Assembly (NCBI RefSeq): GCF_009834535.1
Contig: NC_045697.1
Coordinates: 27,406,001 to 27,470,000, forward strand
From: Camelus ferus
Taxonomy: Eukaryota
Length of the DNA: 64,000 bases
Direction of reading: 5' to 3'
Below, piece by piece: positions 36,994 through 50,141 of the stretch. The position numbers and the translations under genes were made by a program. Below the pieces are notes generated by a model that worked only from the letters and a program-made list of their open reading frames with translations, was not told the DNA's origin and did no database searches. The number at the start of each line of letters is the position of its first letter. The stretch's first letter is position 1.

Positions 36994-39900
36994 CCAAAAA
37001 ACAGAAGACTAATGTAGGGAAGAATGCCAAGAGTCTTCAGAATTAAAAAGATGGAAAACAAGATTGTTTAGATGGCCAGGAGAAACGGCTCTTCAGGGAA
37101 CGTGATGGGGCTGTGGTGATGAGGTGAGTCTCTGTGGAATCTGTGCTGTTGTCCTGCTGCAAGGCTGCCATCATCCTTCATTTTCCCCTGCTCCCCCCAT
37201 CCCCCCCGTTCCTGGGAAGAATGTGGGGGTGTCACAGCTGGAGGACTACGACCTCCCAGAGTTAAGGAGAGAGATTGCTCTTGACAAAGACGAAGGTAGT
37301 TGGAAAAGAGATGCAGAATAAGTTCATCTGCTGGCCGCGTGCTTTGCATTGATCATTTCCCCCCAGAGGAAAATTGCGCTTTTGTATCATGGGGAGTTTC
37401 AGATAGGGTTCCCATGCACGTTTACACAATAACAGGGCTGCTGCAGTGTCTTCAAAGCAAAGTAGTTATTTGCAATGTTCTCAGCAAATAATTTGCAGAA
37501 TGGTGGAGTCAGATGAATTTAAGTTTCCCTCTACTTCCTTCCTGATAAACCCCTTTGCCTGTTTCCATGGTTTGAAAAAGGAGAGAAGAAAGGAAGTTGG
37601 CCTCAGGGTTGTGAGCAGGGCTGCTGCACCACTGGGAGGCTTAGCAGCTCACTTCCCTATGCAGTGATTTTCAAATGCAGGAAATTAACTCACTTTTCCA
37701 AGGAAATTATTGTTTTTTCATAAAAATTCCAGTATATAAATGTGTAAGGATTGAGAGATGGACAAACATGACAATAATTGGGTTGGAGCAGTTGGTTCAT
37801 AGGTAACATTTTTCTTTCCTACTACTTAAAAATTACTCAATTTTTAAATTTCCAGAGGAAGAAAAAGGTGCTAATTCTCTTTAAGGGATATAGATATTGC
37901 CCCCAAGTGCAATCAAATAAATGTAGGGGCCCCCTCCTCTCAGCAAAACTTTGAGGAGTCCTTCTTTCAACCCTTCAGACACATTCCTTCATTGTGTCCC
38001 CAAAGGAAATCCTTATTTGAGGCCCCCTCAGTCTAACAGAAGCTTCTGGAGCTGAGCTCTTCCAGCCTCGCTCATGCAGACCGTCGGCCGGCTTGCTCGT
38101 CTTCAGAAGGATGGGCCCCTGGGGCGGCTTCCAGGCATCCTGTGGCTGGCAGCAGTACGAGGGCATCTGCTGGTGGGAATCAGCGTGGTCTTGTCAGTGG
38201 CTTTTAAAAAGTGGCTCTTTCCTGTCTAAAGCTAACTAGCCCTCCCTTGCAAGGCTCAAACCCACAACCTGCGTCTCATTTGCATCATCTTGCCAAGGAA
38301 TGCGCTGACCTACTCAGAAAAGAGAAAGAGAAAGCCTTCGGTGGCCCTGGTACACGTGCTCTGAGACAGCCGGAGGGGCCTGGCCCGGGTAGAAAGCCCC
38401 TCTCGGTCTGGCCCACCCTTTGCCCCACGGCCTGGGCTCTTGCCTTACCTACTCTTTCAGGCTCCTGCGCGTGATGTGGTGCTTTCAGGCCTCTCTGCGT
38501 TTCCACCTTCTTTTCCTTCTGCTCTGGGCATCACTCCCTGGCTTCTTACCCAGCGAGTTTCTGTTGGTTCTTCAAGGCGAGGTTTGGCAGTCACCTTTCC
38601 TTGGGCATTTTCTTCCCATTTGTTCCTATAACATCCTGGGCATAACTCAACCAAAGTGGTAGTTGGTGTCTCTGCAGTTTCTTTGTTGTGCTTTGTTCAT
38701 GGCTTACTCCCCATTGCTCAGTACAACACTTGGCATGTATTAGATGCTCAGTGAGTGCTTGTTAAATTAAAGAAACTTCACAGCAGTAAGAAGAGTGCTC
38801 TTAAGGTGTTGAGAATAGGGTTAGGAAAGAAACATTTCTTTTTAATTATATTAAATACAGACAGCCCCAAATGAAATAAACATGCCGAGGGGTAGTTATT
38901 TATTTTTTTTTAACATACCAAAAAGAGAATTAAAGGAAAAAAAAAAACACCTCTCCAAAGTTCCCTTTGCTTTTAATTCATACAGTTTGGAAAAGTTAAG
39001 AATCACAGGAAGCACTCTACTCATAAGTAGATTTGTTACAAAAACCAAGATCCTAAAGGAATAAAACTTTGTTATTAACCCAAGTTGTTAATCTTAAGAG
39101 ACAGCGGATGTGGATTGCATATTTGATTACGCTCACGAACATTTCCCAGTCACTGTTTATTTTAATTGGCTGTCCAAATGCAAGGTACTTGCCTCACGGA
39201 GTCTGAGCTATAGCAAGTCATTAGCCCGGTAGTACAGTCCGTTCCCCAGGATCCCTGCACAGCGTTTTGATATTTATTCTGATAGATGCCATCAATTTTT
39301 ATTATGCTGCAAATACTCATACATTGAAAGGAAGTTTTACTGTCTAAACCAAAGAAACTTCAAATTTTGTTTTGTTTTTGGAAACATCATTTCTATTTAA
39401 AAATGTTTGCATTATAGAGCTGTTTAAGATCTTTATGCTCCTACAGTGGTGAGTTACATGGGTAGACTGTGTCTTTTCTGTATCAGATGTTTCACAGGAG
39501 TAGTCTTCCACAGCACTGCCTGGATACAGGTCCTGCTTCCCTCAAGAAGCTCAAATTTCACAGATAGGATCGGTTTATCTCCCCCGCACCCATAGCCATA
39601 CATAAGGAGGAGGCAGCGTCCGTCCTTTCTGGTTTCCCAGGGCTGCCCTGAGCCAGGATCTGTTTGCAGTTGTGGGAACAGTGGTCCTGGGCTCTGTAAG
39701 GGCAGCTGCTCTCAGGGCTGCACCCAGGCCAGCAGCACATCCGCTCACGTGACATCTCCAGGGCTAACTCACCAGCTAGCGCCTGGGTCTCTCCTGAGTA
39801 CCGTCCGCAAACCACCCTGGGACACCTCTCCTGTCTGCACAGCGGCATCCGGCCTTCACTAAGTGGCTTGTTTCTTAATGGCTTTGACATGTCACCCCCA

Positions 39901-40008
39901 AACCACCCAGGGAGGCACAGGCTGGGGGTTCTTCTCAACTGCTTTTATCTTCCTTGACTTGCAAATTCCACTTTACAGCTTCTTTGACTCTTTCATTCTC
40001 CTGCAGCC

Positions 40009-40031
40009 AAAAAAAAAAAAAAAAAAAAAAA
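40009..40031 (+). repeat. Poly(A)23 tract
   Basis: Read directly. Confidence 0.95.
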
Positions 40032-40938
40032 GAAGAAAGAAAAATATTGACAGTTGCCTCTAATTAGATTTATTCTCTCATCTTTTAAAATTATATTTTT
40101 TCTTACATTATTGTTCCAATTGTTGGGTAACTTTCCAGAATTCAGTCACCCAACAATTAGTTACTGGGGCTGTGGACCCCAGGACATTGGAGTCTTTGGG
40201 TGGCTTCAGCCCTGAGGAAGAGGGGCCAGGGCTGGGCTGGCTACTGGGCCACGTGCCCTCCCTCTCCCTGTGCACAGTCGGGCTGGGGATTGTTAACATT
40301 TGCTAACCGTTCTAAGAGAAAAGTATGGCGTGAACTAGAAAATACTGACAAAGTTCTTTGAATTCTTCAGAGTTAACAATGTTTTTTATTCCATTATTGT
40401 GCTGAAATTCAGTATCCTTGTAAGTATTTAATAATGTACTTTTGCAATGGTTGCAGGCTTATAACAGTTTTTAGAGATCTTTTAATTCAACCCCTTATTT
40501 CAAAGCAGAGGAAAAAGGCATTTTTTTTTCACCTTAACAGCATCAAAAATTAAGATGGAGTATTTGTTAAAATCTTTGTTTTACTCATGAAAACATATGT
40601 GTTAGCAATAAACTCCTTGGAAATCCAGAGAATTCCTGGAAAAATAGACTTAATAAAAAGTTTTCTTTTCCACAATTCAACTTTTGAAGTATTTTTAAAT
40701 TTAATTTTTTTTTGGAGCAGAAAAAGATTTATCTGAACCTGTGACAAATCTCAGCAATATGTTGGTGTAAATATATATATACATTTATTATTTGCAGCAT
40801 CACCTTGACAGCTGTATCTGACACATCAGCATCTTGCACTTCGGGGTTGCATGTCCCACTGTCCTCCTCAACATCTGGGAAGGGAAATGGACTGGAAATG
40901 GTCTTGGTTTAACTTTCTGATTTTCTGTGTTTCTCCAG

Positions 40939-41108
40939 ATATGATCTTTCTTCAGGGATCAGAGGTCATATTTAAAGTGGCTTTAAGTCTGTTGGGAAGT
41001 CATAAGCCCTTGATTCTGCAGCACGAAAACCTAGAAACCATAGTTGACTTTATTAAAAGCACACTCCCCAACCTGGGCTTGGTGCAGATGGAAAAGACCA
41101 TCAGTCAG
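40939..41108 (+). CDS. TBC1D1: TBC1D1 coding exon (170 nt), [23 protein letters not shown]...VQMEKTISQ
   Basis: Acceptor tttctccAG (40937-38), donor CAG|GTATGA (41109). Phase 1/0. Confidence 0.97.
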
Positions 41109-44100
41109 GTATGACTCAGCCCGGACACTCTGAACGCTCCAGCGATCCTGGATGTGCAGAGCTGAGTTTCTCCTTCCTTTGAGTGGGAGCTGTTTCTTAC
41201 CACTCTGTGTCCTGAGCAGCATTGCTCAGTGTGTGGGAGGCACGTCGCAGTTACGTGTTCCGTGATTAAATGTGTGTCCGAGTGTGCGTGTGCTGTGAGT
41301 GTGTGCATGTGGTAACCAGCACAAACCATCAGTACTTTCTTACAATTAAGTCTACACCCCTCGTCATTTGTTCTTCTGAAATACATACATTTTTATTCAA
41401 CGTAGGCTTTTGTAAAATGAGTGCTAAGATATTTGTGCTGAATGGTTTTAACTGGAATTTTCTAAAAATAACTTGTTGATACAGAGTTGTGATGAGTATA
41501 TTCTATAGGTTTGTTCCATGATGTGTGTGTGTTTTTAATAGACTTCAATTCCACATCTGTGGTCTCAGTACCTCTGGTTTCTGTGTTCAGTAGAACCGTA
41601 ACTCTGAAATGTGAAGGGTTAAGGGTGAAGCGAGCTGGTCATTGCAGCTAGACCAGTGGTCTGGGCTAGGAGTGGGAGCATTTTGACTCTGTAATGATTG
41701 CTGACCGTGCAGGACTGAGCTGCTGTGCAGAAGGTGAGGTCACCTTCGGAAGTGTGCAGAGGCCGGGTGGCTGGGTGCTCGGAAAGAGATCTCTGCGTCG
41801 GGCCTCAGAAGCCTAGAACTAACCTCACCTGCTCCAAATGTAGAGCAATAAGGTAAAAACAAGTTGTGGGATAAAACTATGTTTTAAAAAGTCCTCCTTA
41901 GGATTTCTGACAGTCCAAGAGTGGTGGGTTGCACCCAGTTGCAGCATTTGTGGTTTTGTCTGCTACCCTTTCTTAGGTGCTGAGCCCTGAGAAGGAGGCA
42001 AGTCTGGCCTGGAAAGGGGAGAGGGCCCCCCAGGGTGCCACTCTCATGTGCCTGTGTGAGGGAGCAGCTCTCTCCTCTCTGCCCTGTCCCCTTTGTTCAA
42101 GGAGAGGCTTTTCCTTCCCTGGTGCCTTTCTCTGTGTGAATAGCTCTGGCTTGTTGAGGACATGCTCTTTGGCAGGTTCTTTGTGAATCTGCACATACAC
42201 ACATGATCTCATTTGATCATGACTGTGTTCCTGAGAGGGCAGGTGGTTTTAACCCACTAGCAACCTAGGGCTGAGTGGTTAATTAGCTTCCCACAGCCAC
42301 GCCTCTGCGAAGTGGAAAGGTGGGGTTGCAGACTCAGGCCCTCTCAGACCTTCAAACGCCCAGCGGCTGCTCTGCCCCACCATGTGCCACAGGGTGTTGT
42401 TCATCGGTTTGCTGTATTTTAACCCGTATTCTGAGACTGAATTCTCCACCCTTTACTTCTTTACTTTCTGATACTTACATGCATTTACTCCCTTTTTGAG
42501 CTTTCATTGCGTGCATTTCCGTGTTTTGGCTGCAGGGGCAGACGCCCGAGCCTTGGTTCCCTAAACTGCACTCCACGCCAGTGAGTGCCCTGACCTGGAG
42601 CCTGGGGCCTGGCTCTACGGCAGGCAGCCTCCCTGATGTTGTTTACCTCCTGGATGTTGAGCACAGAAAAAAAAAATTCCGTTTCCCTCCCCTTTTCTAT
42701 AAAGGATACTTACTGAGTCTACAAGGCTGCCTTCACATGTTGGAAGTATAGAAAGAGACGCAGTGTGGAGAGAGGACAGTTTTGTGTGTGTCCCTGAATG
42801 GCTTCTGTTTGGAACCTGGCATCCTTTACTCCGCTGGTTCCTTAACACCCCTGGGGCATGGTGTATGGCATCATTATCCCCATTTGTATAGATGGGTCCC
42901 TGGGCTCAGAGGGAGTGACATCCCCAGCACCTTGTGCAGAGGGACAGAGCCAAGAGTGTGCTGTGCTCTTGGACAGCGAAGCCCATCCTGTGCAGGAAAC
43001 GAGTGTGTGACCCAGTAATTTCAAGTGTGGTGTGAGCTCCAGCAGTGCTCGTGCAAGGGCGGTGCCGGGCCATGCAAGGAGTGTGCAGGGAGCAGGGCTG
43101 GCAGCAGTTGTGGGTTGAGTTGGGCGGGGCCTGAAGAGTGTGCTGAGAAGGTGGGGTGGCCACACCTTTCTGCAGGGGCCGGAGAGGAAGCGTTTTAGGC
43201 TGTGAGGGCCGTAAGGACACATAAGGTCACCTGCAGCCTGAAGGCAACCACAGCCGGTATGTGTCGGAATGCAGTGACCGTGCTGCAGTGCGGCTTTATT
43301 GACAGCACACAGTGGGACAGCCTTGGTCCAGGGCTGTAGTCACGCGGCTCCCTCCGTACTTCACTGGATACACCAAGGTACGGGAGCGAGAGTTCTGGGT
43401 GCCCCGCAGGGTGCACTTTTTTCCCGGGAGGCGAGGGCATTGGAAGTGGAGTGTGGGGAACACAAATCTCCATCTTGAGGTCCAGGTCTTCATCCTGCCA
43501 CAAGTCCCAATGGGAAACAAGACATAACGGCAGGCAGCTCTCTGCCCTCCCTCCTTCCCTCCCACGTGTTCCATCTGGAACTTGACCTCTGAGGGCTGGC
43601 TTTCTGCCTTCCGGCTGCCTCCTCTCCTCTCCCCTCCCCTCCCTGCAGAGGGTGCGCTGGTCTCAAGTTCTTCTCAGAGATGAGGCCTGAGGTGCAGTGC
43701 GATTTCTCTGCAGCCTTCGGGGAGCCCTCAGGCTGGAATCTTGGCGTCCCCAGGGTGGGTGTGGTAGCTGCTTTCCCTGCACACGGCCGAGTGTGTTGTC
43801 CTGTATGTGGAGGGGCACAGTCGGGGTGGGCCTCTGTGATAGCCACAGCCCCATCTCATTAAATGCCCCTCTGTGGGGGCCTCAGCCTGAGTGGCTGGGC
43901 ACAGTCCACATCCCGCTGGGAGACAGTAACCAAGGGCAGGGCCCTGGCGCTCCCGCTCGGCACAGATGGGCAGGAGCAGCCGTCGGCGGGGCAGGGGGTG
44001 GGCAGGTCCAGACCTGCCAGAGCCCAGGATGCAGAGGCAGGGTCTGAAGGCTCTGTGGTAGCTCCTCAGTGTGACTTAACTGTCAGTTGAATGTAAGCCA

Positions 44101-44289
44101 TAAAAATCCCCTCAGAAGAAGGGGGGAAGCCCGGGGAATAAACCGAAGGGAAGAGAAAGGAGGGTCAAGGTCGAGGTCTCGGAGCAGCGAGTGCCATCTG
44201 CCTGTGCAGCCCCAGTTCCATGTGGGGAGGAGAACAGGTGGAGGGGCTTGGGAGGCAGGGCGAGCAGCCTACTTCCAGCATCCTTTGGG

Positions 44290-44420
44290 CCGTGTTCAAA
44301 GTCGGGCCCCAGACCAGCACCGGCATCTTAGCGTGTAGGAACTTCTGCAGAATCAGGGCCCTTCCCCAGACCTGCTGAGTCAGAACCTGCGTTTTCAGCG
44401 AGAGCCCCAGGGGATCCACA
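44290..44420. mobile_element. MER5A-like MITE
   Basis: tgttcaaagtcgggccccagaccagcaccggcatc...ccccagacctgctgagtcagaacctgcgtttt. Confidence 0.65.
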
Positions 44421-44999
44421 TGCAGGGAGCATCAGAAAGCTGTGTCGTGGCCACTCCGGAATGAACACACCAGGCGATCCTCTGCTCTAGTTGAGCTTGT
44501 AGGAGAGAAGCCAGGATCTTCACAAAGTCTCTTTGTTCAGAAGACGCTCTCTGCAGTCCCAGTGGCCAGGCTGCCCCTTCTGCTGTGGGAGGAGCCCTCG
44601 TGCTTGGGCGGTTTGTGCTGTTGAGAATTAGTTTTCTAAAAGTCCAGTCAGTGCCGTACAGAGGGTGGGGTACGCAGGGAGGAGTATGTTACCACTGGCA
44701 TTGCTTAGAAGTGCTGGCATGTGGGGATAATAAAAAGCAGATCACCTTTTGGTTGGGTTTATTATTGTCTTTAAGTTCACTGCAGACACTGCGCCCTTAT
44801 TTCCGATACGGGAGGACTGCCTGCAGCCCTTGGTACGCCACCAAGACCGCCAGGCTCGGGGGTTCGGGTGCGGGGCGGAAAGTATGTGACTAGTTCTGCA
44901 GCTGGCAGGGTAAATGGCCTCGTTACAGAGTGTCCACAGACAGCAGAGAAACACTGAAGAGCAGAGGGGCCAAGAACAGAAATGGATATACTGTATCTG

Positions 45000-45290
45000 G
45001 CACATTCTTATGTTGCTAATGGCATTGTATGTTGATTATTCCCATTTGGGAAGCAATTTGGTAATGTATTTCATGGGCCAGTATTCATACCCTTTGCCTC
45101 AGTAATCCCATTTCTTGGAATATATGCTTAGGAAATAATCCAAAATATGGGAAAAGCCATACATATGAGCATGTTGAGAGTTGTCTTTTATAACAACAAA
45201 AACTTGCAAGTAACTGGATACCCAACACATGATGAATGGATTAACACGGTTGTTAATTCATCGAGTTGGTAGAATACCATGAAGCCTTTT
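45000..45290 (+). mobile_element. Ancient L1 (L1M) fragment, end of ORF2 region
   Basis: ccatttgggaagcaatttggtaat...cataccctttgcctcagtaatcccatttcttggaatatatgcttaggaaataat. Confidence 0.65.
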
Positions 45291-45859
45291 ATAGTTTCGG
45301 TTATAAGAAGGTGCAGCAACGTGAAGAAGCGTTGTTCGAGGACCAGGGCTTTCCTGTCACCAGCAGCCACACACTGCCATAGTCGGGCATACATTCCCAG
45401 GCACAACTGCAAAGTCAAGGGCTCCAAGTGTTTTGGCAGCCAGGAGATAATGATGCAATTAAGCAAAGATGATTATGACCCGGGATGGTTCCTAGGGATT
45501 AATGGAAGCCTGAAACAGCGCTCTGCCTTGTGCACAGCTGAGAGCCATTAACCTTAGCTGTGCGTCAATCTGCATCAAAGGCCAGAGGTTCCGTTCCCAG
45601 GTTTTCCAGGTTGGGAGCTCATTTAAAAATCTCTGTGGAAGAAGGAAAGTTGTGTGAATGACATTTATTCTGCACCATATTTGTAATTACACACCCATGC
45701 CACAGCAATCTCGGTTTTATTGTGTGCGGTTTTGACTCTGTTTGAACTGTTCAGAAGTTCCATGATGTGGCACCCCTTGTGATTTTGCTGCAGCACAAGG
45801 TTGAGTGTGAGAGATTTTGCGACAAGCATGTGGAAGCCAAGTGGGCACCAGCTCAACTG

Positions 45860-46030
45860 GCTGCCAGGCATGTGTCTCACAATTCCCACAGCGGTGCTGG
45901 GAGGCCGTGGTTATCACCCTCATGTTGGAGGCCAGGAACTGAGGCCAGGAGAGGGCAAGTAACTTGCTCAAGGTCATTCAAGGAGTCACCAGCCCAGCTC
46001 TGCTGGAGGACTGACTCAAATCCTCTGAGT
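45860..46030 (-). mobile_element. MIR fragment
   Basis: aggaactgaggccaggagagggcaagtaacttgctcaaggtca. Confidence 0.7.
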
Positions 46031-47215
46031 CAGTTTTCTTGACTATGGAATAGATAATCTCTGCTGACCTCGTGGTCCTCTGAGGGACAGCAGAGGGTCA
46101 CATCAGTACAGTCGACTGCGCGCGTGCACACACGCCACATATACAATATGTATAACTAGTTTTTCAGCCTAGAATGACTTTTGTGCCTAATTAGTATTAG
46201 CCATTGAATTAAATTGAAAATCAGGAAGCTGAAAAATTAATCTTAAGGAAGAGAAAATAAGATTGCTGGGAATGGTGAGAAAGTAAACATGGTTTTTGAA
46301 AGTTGATTTCAGGGAAGATAGGAGTCGCCTGTGTTTGAATGCTAATGGGATGCTATCAAGGGAAATGAGGTTTTCATTGATTTTTTTAACTCCGTTGGAA
46401 TTTCTTAGGGAAATGCAGTGAAGAGTCAGTTTCTGCTTTTATAAAGACCAATTTCATTCTCCAAATGTGTGTTCTGATCATGCTGGCTTTTTTAATATGG
46501 TGATTGAATTCTCAGGTTCACACTGGGGCTTCATAGCTGGGGTAGCAGCAGCCTCTGCCTTCTGACCCCCTCTTTGGCCCTGCCTCCATCAAGCTTACTC
46601 ACTGGGAGAAAGTTCAAACGTGAACAGCTCACTCACTTGTGCACTTTGGGGTTGTTTTTCACACGAGTGGTTTTTTCATCACTGTTACTATTATGGGAAG
46701 GAAGGCAACTCAGGCATTGTTTCGTATTCACTCATCTGTGTGGGTGACATTTGGGTTTTGGCTCATTTCTGCATATCTTATGTGCAGAGGAGGGTTGTTC
46801 AGTAAACAGTTCCATTACTTAGCTGTTTTGTAACTCTGAAAACCCAGCTGAACTATAATTAAACTTTGACCTAGTGACTGGGCAGATAGGGCTGTGATTC
46901 TCTGTTCTCTTCTGTCTCTGACCCCATTGTTGCTGATCTAACCTAACAGAATTTTTAGAGAAAATGGCTGTGTAAGTACTGAAACAAGAATTTAAAATAA
47001 ATTGTTGTAAACCTTTTAAAAAATAAGGTTTTGGCTTTTGGAATATGAGTGCTAGAGACCCACACTTACTATTACCTTGGGCTTATTTTTAAATGCTTCT
47101 TATATCCTCTCTTCCCAAGTGAAGTTACCACCTTCTCAGTTCAGGAGCTTTCCTTGTTTGTCGGTAGTCAGTATCAGGCGGCATCAGGTGCTTGGTTGGA
47201 TGCCCGTAGACATGG

Positions 47216-47218
<3 letters not shown>

Positions 47219-47263
<45 letters not shown>

Positions 47264-47293
47264 GTGTGTGTGTGAGAGAGAGCAAGAGAGAGA
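47219..47293. repeat. (TG)21 + (TG)n(AG)n microsatellite just upstream of the penultimate exon
   Basis: Read directly. Ends about 45 nt before the acceptor. Confidence 0.95.
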
Positions 47294-47337
47294 TTTTTCT
47301 CATCCTCAGTGCCTGATGACTTTTCTGTACATAACAG

Positions 47338-47511
47338 GTGTTTGAGATGGACATCTCAAAACAGCTACAAGCTTACGAAGTTGAGTACCATGTGCTTCAA
47401 GAAGAACTTATCGATTCCTCTCCTCTCAGTGACAACCAAAGAATGGACAAATTAGAGAAAACCAACAGCAGCTTACGCAAACAGAACCTTGACCTCCTGG
47501 AACAACTGCAG
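47338..47511 (+). CDS. TBC1D1: TBC1D1 penultimate coding exon (174 nt), [24 protein letters not shown]...NLDLLEQLQ (coiled-coil region)
   Basis: Acceptor ataacAG (47336-37), donor CAG|GTAGAG (47512). Phase 0/0. Confidence 0.96.
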
Positions 47512-50051
47512 GTAGAGCGTGTTTGTGAGGCCACCTCCTGACCCGAGAGTGTGTGGTGGTTCATTAACTCACCAGAGGCCCCGCGGGCCAGGTTTTCCCA
47601 TGACCGTTCTCTCCTGGCTTGTTTGCAGTGGGGATCAAAGGTAGCCTAGGAGAATTGTTCCTTTTTATTAGGAAGCAGACAGATTATCCTTTGCTGAGGT
47701 CAGACGCTCCTGGCACTTCCTGAGTAGCCGTTTCTGCACTCGGCCCTTCAGGAGACAGACCCAGAGGTGAACTGGGTGCAGCAGTGCTGTTAGCCGAACG
47801 CCAGCAGCCGTGCTTTGAGTGGTGACGAGAGAATCAGAAGCATGAGCTTTCATGAGCGAAACCGGCTAGATCCACAGAGTGATGCCAAGTGAGGAAAGTG
47901 CCACAGAATCTACCTAATAAAATAAACCAGAGTCCCTGGTGCAAATACAAAGATTTGGTTAATGAAGGACACAGTCCCCCCCTCTAGCAGCTTCCGTTTT
48001 AACATGGATCAACGTGGGTGAGGACATCCAGTAGAAAGGCAGACCCAGACCGCGCAGGCAGAAGGGCGAGGTGGAGACCTGGATGATGCCGGGTGCGTGT
48101 TCCCCACGCCCCCCACCCCCGGGCAGACTGCTGACCTGCTCTGTTCTGTCCCTCGAGTGTGAGACAAGGACAGAGAGATACCTAACTGCTCAGCACAGCT
48201 CCTTTACCTGTCAGATGGAGTAAAGTAAGCACACAGTCTACTTTTTAAATGTCATAAATGGGTGGTAATGCTGTTACTGGTGAGGAATTATTTCTGGTGG
48301 GGTGTTAAAAATTATATTTGAGCTGCTGCAGAGAAAAATTTGTTTTTTTCCCCCAAAATATGTATTCTGTGGTGTTCCTGGACTGTCTTTAGAATAAGCT
48401 TTCCATCCTGGTCTAAGCCTCTTTACTTTTCTCCGTGGAAAGTTGCTGCTTTGCAGACACAGGCTTGGCAGTGATGGGAGAGAGGCCATCATTTGGGAGT
48501 TTAAATCAGCCCTTGTTTAAAATGTACTCCTCCCGGCAGGGGTTTACCCGAGTGGAACCTAGTCAACATTTACGGTAGAGGAACAAAGGAAAGGCTTTCC
48601 CTACTCGGTCCTGACTACCAGTCACGTTCTGAAAGTTAGTTGCTTTCCCCTCTCAGACTGAGATGTCCTAGCTGAGAATATGTCTTTGTGGCTGCCTGGA
48701 TGCAGTCTCTCCAGGATGGAATGGCTGTAACCTGAAAGGGAGGCCGGGGGATGAAGAGCTGGTCTGCCTGTAAGGGTCTGCAGTACAGGTGGTCATTTAA
48801 AATGCCTTCCAGACAGTTGGCCCCTGAACTGTAGCATGCTGGAAACATTCCTGGCAAAGCTCAGATCTGCACTGGAAGCATTTGTCTCATTAAGATAGCA
48901 CTCAAATAAAAGATTTGTTTTATTGGGCTAATACCCGTGTGGGTTTTCTTGTGATGAGGAAGGGAAGGAATTTCGTGCTGCTTTTGTGATCCTGCACCCC
49001 TTTTGTGAAGACAGGGAGTTGTGAAAAGCTGCTCAGATATCTGCAGCCCTCAAGGCAGGCGTCAGGCTGTCCATGGCGATAACAGATGTTCTCCTTGGAG
49101 TGCTGACCAAGGGCTCTTGGGGTGTGTCAGTTTGTGGGTGCCTGAATGTAGTTTTCCCATTACTCTTAGAGTCATGTGGACTTACTGTCTTTCAGCCAGA
49201 CTGCATAAGTTCTGTCAGACTCACACCTCTTTTCACTTTTTTTTTTTTTAAAACAGTTTTCAGAGTCCCGGGATAGGTGTTCAGTGCAATGTTTAATTTT
49301 CAAACCTAAATCTTTGGTTTTTTCCCCAGAGCATCAAAATGGACCAGTTTCCTGGCTTTGTTCCATTCATATAGTTGTTAGACCTACCAAAGTCCCATTT
49401 ATTTTCTTGTTAAACACCTAAGGATGGTGTCTGGCAGCTGGAGACACACTGTCCAGCCTCCTTTGTCCAGCAGCATGCATGAGACGATTGCATAGACATG
49501 CCTAGCGGTGCTGGATGGTAAGGGATATGTGTTTTCCATGGCAGGCAGCTACCAGGCATTGAGTGCACGAGCGAGGTGCTGGGGGAGGCCAGACCCCCAT
49601 GCACGTTGAGGCGTGCTTGCTCCCGTGAGAGCTGCATTCTCGTGAGGAGAGACCTGGCGTTGAGGCAGAACAGTAAACGACCGTGCACATGAGCTCACTG
49701 CTAAGCCAGGAGGTACTGCGGGGAGTGCTGTGGACTTCAGCGGGGCAGCCCTTCGAGGGGGTGAGGCGGGACCCGCCTGCGGGCAGGATTGCGACTTAGG
49801 CTCTCAGCCCCTTTTTCTTTCTATTTTGAGTGTTTGTGTCACAGCCAGAGCTACGCTTTGAGTCATGAATTGTCTGTCTGGCACAAGCGTTACCTTGTTC
49901 AAAAAACTGTTTCCCTTGTTTTGAAAACGAGACAAAATACGTACCATTTTCCCACCTGAAATCAACAGGGACGTGTAGGGCTGGAGGGTTGAAGGCGCCA
50001 CGCGGTGCCTCACTGACCCCATGATCTGCGCGCCCGGGAACACGGCTATGA

Positions 50052-50141
50052 GCCGGGACAGGCCAGGGGTCCCGGGGACAGCAGTGCGCGGAGGCCGGGA
50101 CAGGCAGGGGGGCCCGGGGACAGCAGCGCGGGGACAGCAGC
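50052..50141. repeat. GC-rich minisatellite, ~42-bp unit x2, with GGGGACAGCAG x3
   Basis: Units start at 50052 and 50094. Subunit at 50074, 50116 and 50130. Confidence 0.8.
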
